DNA of 64,000 nucleotides from Azolla caroliniana (taxonomy: Eukaryota > Plantae > Polypodiophyta): assembly GCA_043228905.1 (NCBI GenBank), contig JBHGNT010000005.1:4092001-4156000 (forward strand), in the 5' to 3' direction. Below the pieces are notes generated by a model. The model was not told the origin of the DNA, did no database searches, and worked only from the letters and a program-made list of their open reading frames with translations. Made by a program: the position numbers and the translations under genes. Shown piece by piece: positions 12,500 through 24,760 of this stretch (the stretch's first letter is position 1; each line of letters starts with the position of its first letter).

Positions 12500-15400
12500 T
12501 TTCATAGATAATTCACATTCACGAATCACCAATGTGTTAGATGCACGCGTGTAGACATACATATGTTGAAGATGTTTATGCACGATCATCCATCCATCAC
12601 CCATGCCATTTAAATAACGACGAGCGATTGTATCATAGCATGGGCATCCAGCATAGCGATTGTAAAATTAAAATTATATAATACAAAATTATACTATAAC
12701 ATTGTAAAATAATTTCTCCTTTTTTTGTTTTGGGGTGGGGGGAAGGAAAGGGGGTACTCTTTTAAAGTTTTACAAAACATTGTCTCAATTAAAATTCTCA
12801 ACTCTCATGGAACGAAAAGAAGAAGCTAACATTTTGTACTAGAGCTTTCTCGGTACATTTTCTACTGTCCATTTTTCGTGCCACAACTCAACTTGTGGAT
12901 AGATCCAAATGCTCCCCCTAGTGACAAGAAAGTGCAATGGATATGTACCTCCTCTAGCCTCAACCATCATTTTCCGTAACCACACTTCTCAAGAGTAGAG
13001 TACTCAAAAATTTCCAAAATTTCGAGATGCGTTTTAATTGTAATGCTTACTTATCTTATAAGCATATGTTGAGATGCCACCAACGGGAATAGATCCAAAA
13101 TTTCTCCTCGGTTGCGCCCTTGTTGTACACCTCATCCCTGCATTTTCATGAATTGAATCGTGCACATCATAGCTATGCTCTAGTGAAAGGAATGGTTCAA
13201 GATTCGTTCGTGGCACTTGATCCTAGGTGTCCATACAACCAATTGGTCTAATGGCTAAACTAAGTAAACTCAATCATTCCACCGAAGAGGTATGAATCAT
13301 TCCATGCACGCTAATATCGGCAAGACCAATGAATGCTCATGTTCCACCTAGTGTTTGTTGAAAGTTGAGGTGCTTGAATCCATGGTTCTCCAAATGCACC
13401 TTAATAAGGCAATAAGAAGTAGTGAATGTGCACATTGCACCTAGATTTCAACAAGAATCGAGTCATTGAATTGCAATTTTCAAGATGGTTTGCTATCAAT
13501 GTATAAATGGTTGTAGGAAATTAGAACCCAACGGTTTCTCAATTATATCATTGTTGATGAGGTAATTATGACGAAGGAATTGCGTTTCAGGAGTATGCTT
13601 TTCTTGCTCACATACAAAAGTTCTAAATTCTAATATTTCCGAGTGTCACACATGTTGATTAGATAACTAGGAGAAATAAATATGTGATTCCACTTATGTT
13701 TCAAGACAATTAGGACAAGAAATATATGAATCCATCTCCTTCTCGACGACAATTGAGGTACTTGTTTCCAAATTTCAATGTATAATTTCTTATCAATGCA
13801 TTCATGTTTGGTTTTCCAAGAGCATTATTGTTCATGGCGACCTAAATAGATCCACAGGTCCTGCAATTGCATCGTGGCTAATAAATGAATGCAACGAAAT
13901 TAAATGGCACAATTTCCACTGTAGTAAAATGAATGTTGAGACATCTATTCCACATTGTCGAAAATCTACTGGTCAAAATATAAGTTGTAGTTCCATAATA
14001 ACACTATCAAAGTAGATCCAATCATTCACTAATTGAAATACTACGGGTGGGGTGAAATGTAAGGCTCGTGCACATTCCGCACAATCAAGAGTTAAGCAGT
14101 GTACCACAAACACAAGACCTTGAGTTCAATCGGAGCACCCATGCACATGCTCATCTACTTTTGATGATGTTTACAATATGCATGCCACTTTAAATAATTC
14201 TTTTGGCTTTACAAGTTGTGGGTGTCCAAATTTTCTATGCATTGGTAAATATTTCTGACAATAGGACGATTGTCTCCATGTGCCATGTTTGCCAATTTAT
14301 TTGGACAATTTTAAATAAGATATTAGAGATCCCTTACCCATAATTCAAATTACCCCTTTGTTGGCTTCCAATGCAAGTTTTTAATTCAATGCAAATATAT
14401 CATCTCAACTTCTACAATTACATGGTTTTTATTATTATAGAATACTTGCGTTTTTTGAACTCGATTTGTCTCTATAAACATGGTTCTTATGCCCCTATAA
14501 ACATTTGGTTTTTGTTAATAATATAAACACAATGCCATCATGCCACTGCCACTTAATCACTAAAGAGCCATTGTTCCAAATGGAGCAAATAATGGAGTTC
14601 GATCTCATATTATGTAGCAATATGGCCAAACACGAAGTCAACAAGTGGATGGTGTTGTGATGGGATTATGACAGGTGACAAAGAGGAGAACAAATTGAAC
14701 GCTATGAAAGGAGAAACACAAGGATACTAAACTAGAAGATAGAAGGCATGCTAAGCACACTCATTATGGATCTAGGTGCTACTATTTTAGAAGAAATAGA
14801 AAACTAATCAAAAGGGTAGCATGATGACACATGGAACTGTGAGGAGAGGTGGATTATATACCACAATGGGTGGACCAAGGAGGCATTGAAGAGCAACAAA
14901 AGAGTTAGGTGGTGATAATGTTATTATCCAAACTCAACCTCCCTTGAATGCCCATATTTAAGGAGATAATGTTCCGTCAAACTTAGAAAGGAGATGTAAA
15001 CCTAACCTTGTTAAGGTTTAAGGAAAGAAAGCAAATGCATGTTATGACAAAGGCTAAAAGTTAGAACCTTGACAAAATCTTCATTACAACATCCTCGTGC
15101 TTTGTGAACAACCAAACATAATTGTGTGTGTGTGTGTGATTGATGACAAAATGCCATCATGTGTAGAGGTCATTAGGATGACGAATGGAACCACCTCATT
15201 TTTAAGAAGCTTACACGATGGAGTTTTGCTCTTATAGATAACAAAAAGAGACAAGTAAATAGATAGATAGATGCATGCAAGTATCATCCTCGGAGATGAA
15301 ATGTGATCGTATTGGGTTGGACAATTTGGAGGTTGTGTTAGCCAAATCCTAGTAATGGTTCCATTTCGTCTAGGCAAGTCGGTAGTGCTTTTCTCAGCCC

Positions 15401-18400
15401 TCGTCCAAACAACTGATGTTAAATACTGTTCTTCACATGAGTCGGGTCGGTGTTCCGAGGAATCAAGCGAATCTCGACAGATAGTAGAAAAGTGTACGAA
15501 TGAAATGAACGTATCAGGGATAGATAGGTCATGGTCCGAGAGAAACTTATGTACATACATATATGATAGATACAACACTTAGTGTGCACAAGATTAGGCT
15601 TGACAAAAGAAAAAGAGACTTTCTTTGTTAACATTACATACTTCTGTAAAACAGAGAGATACTCTTACTCTTGAGTCTTTAACATTACAATTTACTTCTA
15701 TAAAACAGAGATAAAACCAGTGGACTAACTAACTAACCCTGCCTCCCTCACTGTCTGAGAACCTGCTTAATTGTGTGACGATGATGGAGGAAATTGGTCT
15801 GCAGAGTGCTCGCTCCTATGGGCTGGAATCCAATGGTTCACTTTCTCAAGCTTCCAGACCTTCAGCTGCAACAGAGCCGATGCCATATCTCCCCATATCA
15901 ACCCTAACTCTCTACGTATTGGTCCATCATCATCATCACCATCACCGTCTTCTTCAGGTTTCCCTGTTCCCGTTCCTCTTTCTGTACCCCCACCCACTCC
16001 CCTGCTGTTTGGACTCAGCGCATGCCTCATGTGTGTAAGGTTAGTATTACAATAGTGGTATTTTTTATTTTGCAAATTTCGTTTTTTCTTTTCTAGATTA
16101 AAACATTTATAACTATAATGTAATCTGCCCACATTTTGATCATTTCGTGACGTGTGTAATCTATCCCATGATCATGCATAGCATCTATACTTCTAGCCAA
16201 GGTTTGATCGCCTGTGACAAGGCATTTAGCTTGTTTTCATCATGCATATTGTGAAATGATGTGGATAAGTTTTGATCACGAGTGACATATTATCTAGCTG
16301 ATTTTGATCACGGACATGTAAATTTAGCTTTTATTATGGATGACATGTACTCTAACCAATTTGGTCACATGGGGCGTGCAATATGGTTTGATCATGTGGG
16401 ACATGTAATATATCGAAATTTACGTATGCCTGACAGGATAATCAAGCAAATTTAGTTATGTGTTTAGTTCATCACATGATTGCATAATATACACTTGGCT
16501 CCATATGAGACAATCCTATTTTGTGCTTAGTATGAACATATAAACACATGCATTAAAATGCTCAGTTGAAATGCATATTGAAATTTTGAGATACATACTG
16601 TGGGAGGGAATGGTTCGTGTGGTACCTTGTGACTACAATTACATGGCAAGAAGAGAAGAAGAAAAGGATGCGAGGTACTAGATAATACATCTGATTGCAG
16701 GGCTTCTATTATAAAATATAATACATATGAAAAGAAGCATTAATGTGCTGATGATAGTGATATATCGATGCCCTCAAAAGGACAGTAAGGCCTACAGAAT
16801 CTCGAAAACAAAACATTCCATGATCCCCTCCACCTAGGTATTAGAAATTTCGAGTCATGTGTATTTCACGGGTGCTTTCCTATGCTCAAATAAGAAGCAT
16901 GCATCGGCAACGATGTTAATAATGAAAAATGTAGAGGACTTAGAATGAGAAGTAAAAAAATCGTGGATATTGGATGTGCGCGTGATTTTAGAAATTATCA
17001 GACTTAGATGTGGATATATACACATCTTTAATAAAATCATTTATTTTTTCTTGTTACAGGCTGTTGTGGAAGATGCCAAGAAGGCTAAGATGATACTGAC
17101 CATGCCTGACGATGTAGCTATGCCTGGTGAGAGTGGCTAAGAACACATGAAAGCTTGTTGACTTGCCAACGTTAGACATACGAATGCTACCGCAAACTTC
17201 CACAAGCTCGTGAGAAAGAGGGAAGAGGACCATCAGAAGCATCAAGAAGTTGGATACTGTAATATCTTATTGTGATGCATGTAAACATGAAATAAAAGAA
17301 TCTAAAAGACATAGAGAAAAGGAAACTAATCCATCACGAGAAAATATGGTCTATGGAAATTTTTGAGCCCAATATAGTTTGTAGATTTGTTTTTTGAAAA
17401 CAGAGAAAATCAATAAATCCACAGCAAGAAACTATACTATAGGATAGCTATAATGGGCAATAGTAACTGTGGAAAAGAATACATGAAAGGGCATGTTAAG
17501 GGGATGATCAACAGAAATTGAGGGATGGGAGTTTTACTTAGAATTATGGATTTCTGCAAATTCTACTGCCTTGGCACATCTCAACGAAAAATCGACACAT
17601 TCTACAGTAAAATAAGCCCTTGCTTTTTCCCTTGTACATCTATAACTGTATATTTTACTTTACACAGGCTCTATATCCACTGTAAATATTACAGAGACTT
17701 GTCTGGTTCAATTTCTCACTTCATTTTTTAAAAGGCAGAGTCTTCTGATGCCATGCTTCAGAAATTTGTAATGAAGAGGCAACTAGAACATACTCTAGAT
17801 GAAAAGACAATAAGAACATACATGTGTGAAAGGTATTTGGAGTTTGAGACAGGCACGTAGGTCTGAAAGCATGAAAAGAAAAAGGCTTTACATAGGCATC
17901 AGATCTTGTGATGGATAGAGGTGGAAATAGACGGAATGCTTGTGCTCTTGGAATCCAGAGCAAGACAGGAAGAGCGACATCGTTAAGGCACTGCAAACCT
18001 TTATGTAAAGGAGAAATATAGATTCTGTACTACTGAGTGTTTATTTTCTTCATTCCCAATTATTCCCCTTATTTGTTCGTTATGCTTTCCCTCTCTCAAT
18101 GAAATCTGGAGGCAATAAAATGAGAGATTTATCTCAATAGCATTTGGCAATCAATCTTAGGTGGTGTAACTGCACATTATGTGTTGTCTTATGTTATGCA
18201 TTTGAATTGTCTTTCTATGTGTGTTCCTCCTCATAAAACATAACAAGGACATAATTTAAAATGCAGCACTTGTTTTCCTGTGAAATATGAAATCATATTA
18301 GATTTTAATACATAAACTTGATTATCATTCAAAAAGATATCATCTAATAGAAGAGACTCCATTTGGTCATCTGCAGGTTGAATTTCCCACTATGATATGA

Positions 18401-19274
18401 TTCATAAAAGAACAATAGCTATCAACAAAAGGTAAAAGAAAGACATTAGTGGCAACTAAAACCATACTGAAATAACTTCATTAAGGCGAAATGGTGAAAT
18501 GGGAGGATGTCTCAAAGCTTGTGTAATGTAAGTAAGTGGAAAACTTCCTCTTATTGAGAACTATGCTGGCTTGTGAAATAGAATATAGTAATGAGTCAAG
18601 CAAAAAATCCTGTGGAGGCATGTAAAGCCATTATGGAAAGAGAATTTATTCTTGCTTAACAAAACTATACTTCTACTTCTTAGACTTACATCTTTCAAAT
18701 GTATTAATGGGTCTCAAAGAAATGGATAAATAAACGTTTTTTGTGTTGAATGTAATTAAAAAAATGGGCACATTGTGAATGGTACATAATGTGTTCTTTA
18801 GGATAATGAGAGACGAATAGGGATTCAGGTTAAATAGTTGTGGTTGTGATGCACATGGCAATAAAATGTTCTGGAAATTTCTAGTACATAAAAATTGAAA
18901 TTATTTTAGGATTGTATTCATTGCCATGATGTCCATCTTCTCGTAAGCTTTGAGGCAATTTGTTGCTTTCAACAATTCCTATTTACCATATTCTTGAAGC
19001 TCAATTAAAAACGGACTGTGGAGATTCTTCTTTAAAAAGAATTTATGATGAAATATAAATTTCTCACCTTTATGTGCTTTTGTTCTTTTCTTTTATAATA
19101 GCCCAGCCTAATTAAGGCAAAGGGTAAATAAGCATTAGCTATGTTGGGAACATGGTTGCTAAAGCAGTGTTATTTCCATTAGCAAAAGACTGACCCAGTA
19201 TGGTTCATCAATATATTATGCAGAAGTAAGTAGTATTAGAAGAATAATAAATGTATATAGTAACCCACCACTGC

Positions 19275-21269
19275 TTACTGCAAAAGTTTGTGAATATAGT
19301 TAAGCTGTTGATCTAAACTATCAGAGCTCAGCAGACCATTGTGCATTAATAGTAATGGGTTTGAGTTATGGTTATGATTAATATAATGATCAATGGACTG
19401 ATCTGCGCTACTGCTTATTGTCATTGCCTTATATTCATCATCGTCAATGTTGGATGCATTAATGGCAGTTAATAGTGGGTAGTTATCGTGAGTTAGTGGC
19501 GATAAGGTATCAGGTGGTGATAAGGATGATAGGTTCATGCAGAATGATGATACATTATCGGGTGTTGTTGGTGGTGATAAGGCAGGCAAACTCATTGAGA
19601 AGTCCATATTATTATGAAGTGGGTGTGATAATTCAGCTAAGCTGATAAGTGTTGATAAGTTGCTCTCAGATGATGATGATGATGATGATAAGCCATCAAC
19701 TAAGCTAATGGAGTTGCTATAATAAGTGCTAGCATCTTGAATCATATGATAATGGGAGCTATTGATTGTAGGTGAATACGTGTATGTACACTTGGTGCCT
19801 GGATTAGTATCTGGCATGCCATCATCATAAGAGTATCTGTCATTAGCCTGTGGGCCCTGCTCTATAATATACTCATATTCTAATAAATCATTGTCATCTT
19901 TCAAATGATTCACTCTAGTATTAGTGTGAGCATTAGCATTGCTAGGATACTTAGTATTTAAAGTATTTATAACAACATTACTATCACTATATTGGCTGTT
20001 AGTGTGAGTATGATCAGTACTAGAATGATCTGTATTAGTATGAGTGCGATCAATCCTAGCAGCAACATTACTGTAAACATTAACGTTAGGAGTAGGAGGA
20101 TTATCATCACAATCATTTTCATTGAGGTTGTTGTGAATGGGATCAATATGATAATTATATCGATCAGCTTCATGATTAGTAGCTCCATCAAATTCTGTGA
20201 TAAGATTGTTATTATTGGTATGGTAATCCCACGAATTACTGAGAAGCTTCTCGCGCGGGAAGTTGAGCCTTGCTCTGGCCCCTCTGAATTGGAAAGCTGC
20301 TCTGTCGTAAGCTTTTGCAGCTTCTTCTGCAGTGTGAAAGGTTCCAAGCCACACCCTCGCAGCCTTCCTTGGGTCTCGTATCTCAGCTGCCCATTTGCCC
20401 CATGGCCTCTGCCTCACCCCCCTATACTTTGTCTTGGCATTAACTACTTTAAATGATTTAACAACATTACCCATGTCAATCATATTACCTGACTTACTTG
20501 TATTAGCTGACTTTGCTGTCTTAACTGAATTTACTGTGTTGAGTGAATTAATGGTAGTCATTTTAAGTGAATTATGTCGTGGCTTAACTATGTTAAGTGA
20601 ATCATTAGCTGTAATACTGATTGTCTTAACTGTGTGCACTGAGCTAGTTGTACTAACTGAATTAACCGTGTTGACTGCGTTAACTGAATTAGCTGTAAGT
20701 GTGTTATCAGTTGCCGAGCTGGAAATGCTCTGTAATCTCTGACCTATACTTTGCAATAGTGTGGGATTAGGTATGCTGAGTGGGTCCCCTTGTATAGGTC
20801 TTTCCACCTCCACATGGTTATTGCATTGATCTGTCAGCAATTCATGCAAATGATAGAATCATGATCAGTCAAACCATTGCACTTATGAATGTAAAACCCA
20901 AACCCTGATTAATAATCTTACGCCATAAACCTTAACTGAGAAAATCTAATCAAACTCGATGAATTGCGGCTAGATTATGATGTCAACTACAAAGCATTAA
21001 TTACCTGAATCTTGATTGTTCATGTATGATCTCCCAGAGTATAAAAAGTTGGATTGAATGCAGATTTTTTCTAAAGAAGAATTAGCTGAGCAGTTTGATG
21101 GCTTTAAAGAAGCAGAAAATCTATAATTATCATCACGAATATTAGGATTAGTTGAATAATTAAGGCCATCTAATTCAGGCCTTGATCCCTTATTAATCTG
21201 ACCAATAGCATTGTCATTATGGATTGGATGGTGAGGATTGTATAATATGTTTTCGTGATTTGATTCCAT
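19275..21269 (-). CDS. AP2/ERF transcription factor, ERF subfamily (group X-like: ABR1/RAP2.6L/ERF110-115), about 606 aa
   Basis: Exon 1 21005-21269 (ATG MESNHEN..., donor G|GTAAT) and exon 2 19275-20830 (acceptor TGACAG|AT) join in phase. Single AP2 domain [58 protein letters not shown] at 20256-20429. An intron upstream of the domain and the IRDPxKAARVW motif fit group X. Confidence 0.9.
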
Positions 21270-22186
21270 CACTAGAGAATTAGAGCTGCAATTGAAATTG
21301 AGTACTTCTCCTGCAATGTGTAATTGATTTGCTAATTTGACAAATGGATGAATCGATTTGGACACTTGGTTGAATGGGTTGGGTGCGAAGCTGAAGCGAT
21401 TGGAGTAATTTATTTGATGAATTGAAGTCTAAAATGGACAAATTGAGTACCAAAATGATAAACAACGGTCAAATAAAGGTACTTTAGTGTGTAAATCAAT
21501 AAACTATACTCTAAATAGATAATTAGTACTAAAATGGACAAAGTAGGGGCTTCGATTGGATCAAATTGGGTGCTGGAACTCATCAATTGAATACCATTAA
21601 GCATATAGTGCATTAGGCAGATGAATCGTTTAATTTTGAATTGGGAAATTGGATTGGATTGGAAAAAATGTTCCAAAATTAGATTGGTTGATTCCTTCCA
21701 TCTTCCATATTCTGCTATTTATAAGTTGAGAGAGAGAGACAGAGACAGAGAACCCAATAACACAAAAAAACAAAAGAAAAAAAAGAGGAAGTGAAGAAAA
21801 TCACATAAATCTTCCCCTCTCATAAAAAAAGGCAGAAAAACAACAGCAATATATATTCTGCCAATAAAACTTTTTTGAATAATTTATTAGAAAAAAGTTA
21901 TTGTGTGTTGATAAGCCTCCTCATAGAAGGAGAAGGGAGAAAAGGCACACCCACCCACAAAACAAGATATATATATATATAGATATATATTGTGTTTGTT
22001 TGTCTTCTGTTAGATGATGGGAGTGTGGTGTGGATTCGATCCCCTACATTTAGTGGAGATGGAGAACCCCCCCCATCTCAGGTGGAAATTGCAATCTAGA
22101 TTCACACATGAGAAACATATAACTGACACATGTGGATGGGATACCCCTCTCCCCATGGTGCTCTTAGATCACATCTCTGTCACTCA

Positions 22187-22217
<31 letters not shown>

Positions 22218-22270
22218 CAGTCTATCACACTTGTCCATGGCAAAAGAGTCACTATATATATACATATATA

Positions 22271-22326
<56 letters not shown>

Positions 22327-22479
22327 TCCCATGTACTCTACAACCCAAACAATAACCGTCAATGCCATGCCCATACTTCCCACTAATATTACCCCCTTGC
22401 TGTTCTAAGAAAATCCGCTAAAATTCCCCACCGAAAAGGAGCATCATCCCCATAAACTTTCGAGAAGCTAAAAGAGGGT

Positions 22480-23330
22480 ACACCACAATATTAATGATAA
22501 TGGTTCACTCTCCCAAATTATCTTTCCCCTACTAGCTTCCTACTCATTCGCCGATTAGATCTCGGCCAAACATTTGGTGTTCAACTTTGCTCTATGATCT
22601 TTTTATGTTGAGCCCCTTTCACCCACATTTAGAAATACCCATTATCTTGGCATAAAATAACAATGCAACAAAACCTGCTGAATATAAGAAATGTAATTCC
22701 TAAATCTATTAATCAATGAGCAATGGAACAATCTTTTGCAACAATGAGATCGTCTTTCAATTAGCCAAAAAACAATAATTGTGCTAGGCCATGGCTCTTT
22801 CGAGCCAATAACTATTCTCCAAATTAAGGCCTTTCACTTAGAATGGCAACTGCGTTGCAAGATCTACCATCATCTATGAATGGAGTTACAAGTAATCCAT
22901 TCTTCTTCAACCGTAGATACTAACCATTGAAGTGCATTGATACAAGCTATTTGTAATCATTTACAAAATGTGAGTCCAGTCCAACACACATCAATGATTA
23001 CAAATATATAATGTGTGTAGCATCACTCCATATATAATATCTTGCCCTAATAAGAATATAAGGTGAGATATATGTAGTCCAAAGCTCGTAGTATCCATTA
23101 CCCATGAAACAAAGGACCAGTTAACATGATTATAAGCATAACGACTCTGAGTAGTAGGAAGATGTCTTAGCACTCGACCCATCTCATGCTTTGTGAGATT
23201 CACATCCAATTCCTTAAAACGGGAATCAATCACACAATACACGTCAAATTGTGGCCAAGCAAAGTCTTTCACCTACACCACATTAGATTGAAATAGGTAG
23301 GATGTAGAGCTTGAAAACAAATCGGATTGT
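22480..23330 (-). mobile_element. Degenerate LINE reverse transcriptase fragment
   Basis: Translation YAYNHVNWSFVSWVMDTTSFGLHISHLIFLL resembles the LINE RT segment KAYDxVxWxFL..M..GF; it is interrupted by stops. Boundaries approximate. Confidence 0.5.
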
Positions 23331-23605
23331 GATTGATAAGCAAAGTCTTTCACCTACACCACATCTTAGCATTCAACTACGATTGCATTTTGTAATTGAT
23401 TGTGTATGTGAAGAAGCTCCTTGGGAATTGGGGTGTGTGTGATAGTAGTACATTATACTCAATAAGGATTTGCTAGATTGATGTTTTGCACAAGATCATT
23501 ATTAACCAAATGTTGTGAAGTAGATTCAGACTGATGCATGAACACTCATTAAAGTCATATCCATAAGCAGCTTAGATTGTCTACACATAATGAGAGGTCA
23601 TAACT

Positions 23606-23950
23606 TTCTCTTTTATTTTTATTAGGAGCACCTATAATTGTCTTAGATGGTCTACACATAATGAGAGGTCATAACTTTCTCTTTTATTTTCATTAGGAGC
23701 ACCTATAATTGTCTTGGGTTTGAAACCTAATTTTCTCACCTCTCTATTAGATACTTTATATGTATCTCTTTAATTAGCTTACACTAGTGGTAAGTTGTTA
23801 CACTAGCTCTTGCGTTTGAAAGCCAATTTTTTCACCTCTCTATTAGATACTTTATAGATATCTCTTAATTCATTAGATGCCATTGTGGAATGTAAGGGTT
23901 GAACCCGTGACCTCCTAGCCTCAATTGGGCAACCTCACCAAATCAGCTAC
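23606..23950 (-). mobile_element. tRNA-derived SINE-like element, copy 1, with internal duplications
   Basis: Minus-strand head GTAGCTGATTTGGTGAGG...GGTCACGGGTTCAACCC has A-box- and B-box-like motifs. The body (TTTTCTCACCTCTCTATTAGATACTT, GGTAAGTTGTTACACTA) is shared with 35729-35927. A 71-bp duplication lies at 23571/23642. Confidence 0.65.
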
Positions 23951-24760
23951 ATCCATCTGGGCACCCAAATGGTGTGTTTTTTTTCATTGGTGTGCACCCA
24001 AATGGTTTTTCATTGGTCCTTGCACATTAACTGACCATAAGGAACAAGACTAATAGTCAATATCCTCTAGTGCCAAGTCAACGAACCATGTATTTGATAA
24101 ATCATTGTTGATAATACGTTTGAATTAATAGTTTCCTCATGCACATCTAGATATCAACCACAATAACTTTCATATATACAAATAGATCACAATTTATTCC
24201 AATAGCATCCTTGAAATTATACTTCACAAACACTTTGGGCCATCTTCTATAAAAAATCATCTTCTTGGGAACAAATTTGACAAATGCACAAAACTAGAAG
24301 ACATGTTTCTACAAACAAGAACACAATGTTTGCTCACAAATTTCGAAAGCATTTACACAAATTATTAAAATGGGGACATAGGTTTCAAAGCCCTTTCTAA
24401 ATGTTTTGTGAAACTTGATAGATTTAAAAATTTGTACCAATAAACAAAAAAGTAATAATACAATTGACAGGATATATAAGGGCATGGAAAGAAAACCAAA
24501 TTTCAAACCATTTCGCATTGATATTATTTTTTACAAAAATAGGCACCCACCTTATATATATAGACCAGTCAATCACCAACCAACCCACTTGTCAATGTTG
24601 TATCTAAAGAGAGTTACTAAATACAACATGAATTATGAGTTCTTTTGAATACAAATCCATTTGTGAGCCATGTACAAAGATCGATCAAGGTCTTCAAAAC
24701 CAATTTAAAACCCCTCGATAAGATTATTGAGTAAAAGGTTTCATGAGTGTTGCTTTTGAG

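Noticed and set aside
12750-15070. Possible decayed LTR retrotransposon gag/pol remnant
   Set aside because: Only a vague compositional impression; no diagnostic motif, LTR pair or PBS could be confirmed by eye.
15767-16132. Minus-strand ORF ending FPPSSSHN, resembling CLE/RGF/IDA C-termini
   Set aside because: No signal peptide and no RxxPxGPxPxHN or DY motif; splice and leader signals favour the plus strand.
17060-17250. AMPGE motif faintly like the EF-Tu C-terminal domain
   Set aside because: The flanking residues do not align; a 5-aa match is not enough.
19992-20742. Hydrophobic plus-strand ORFs (154 aa and 115 aa)
   Set aside because: Antisense reading of the N/S/T-rich ERF exon.
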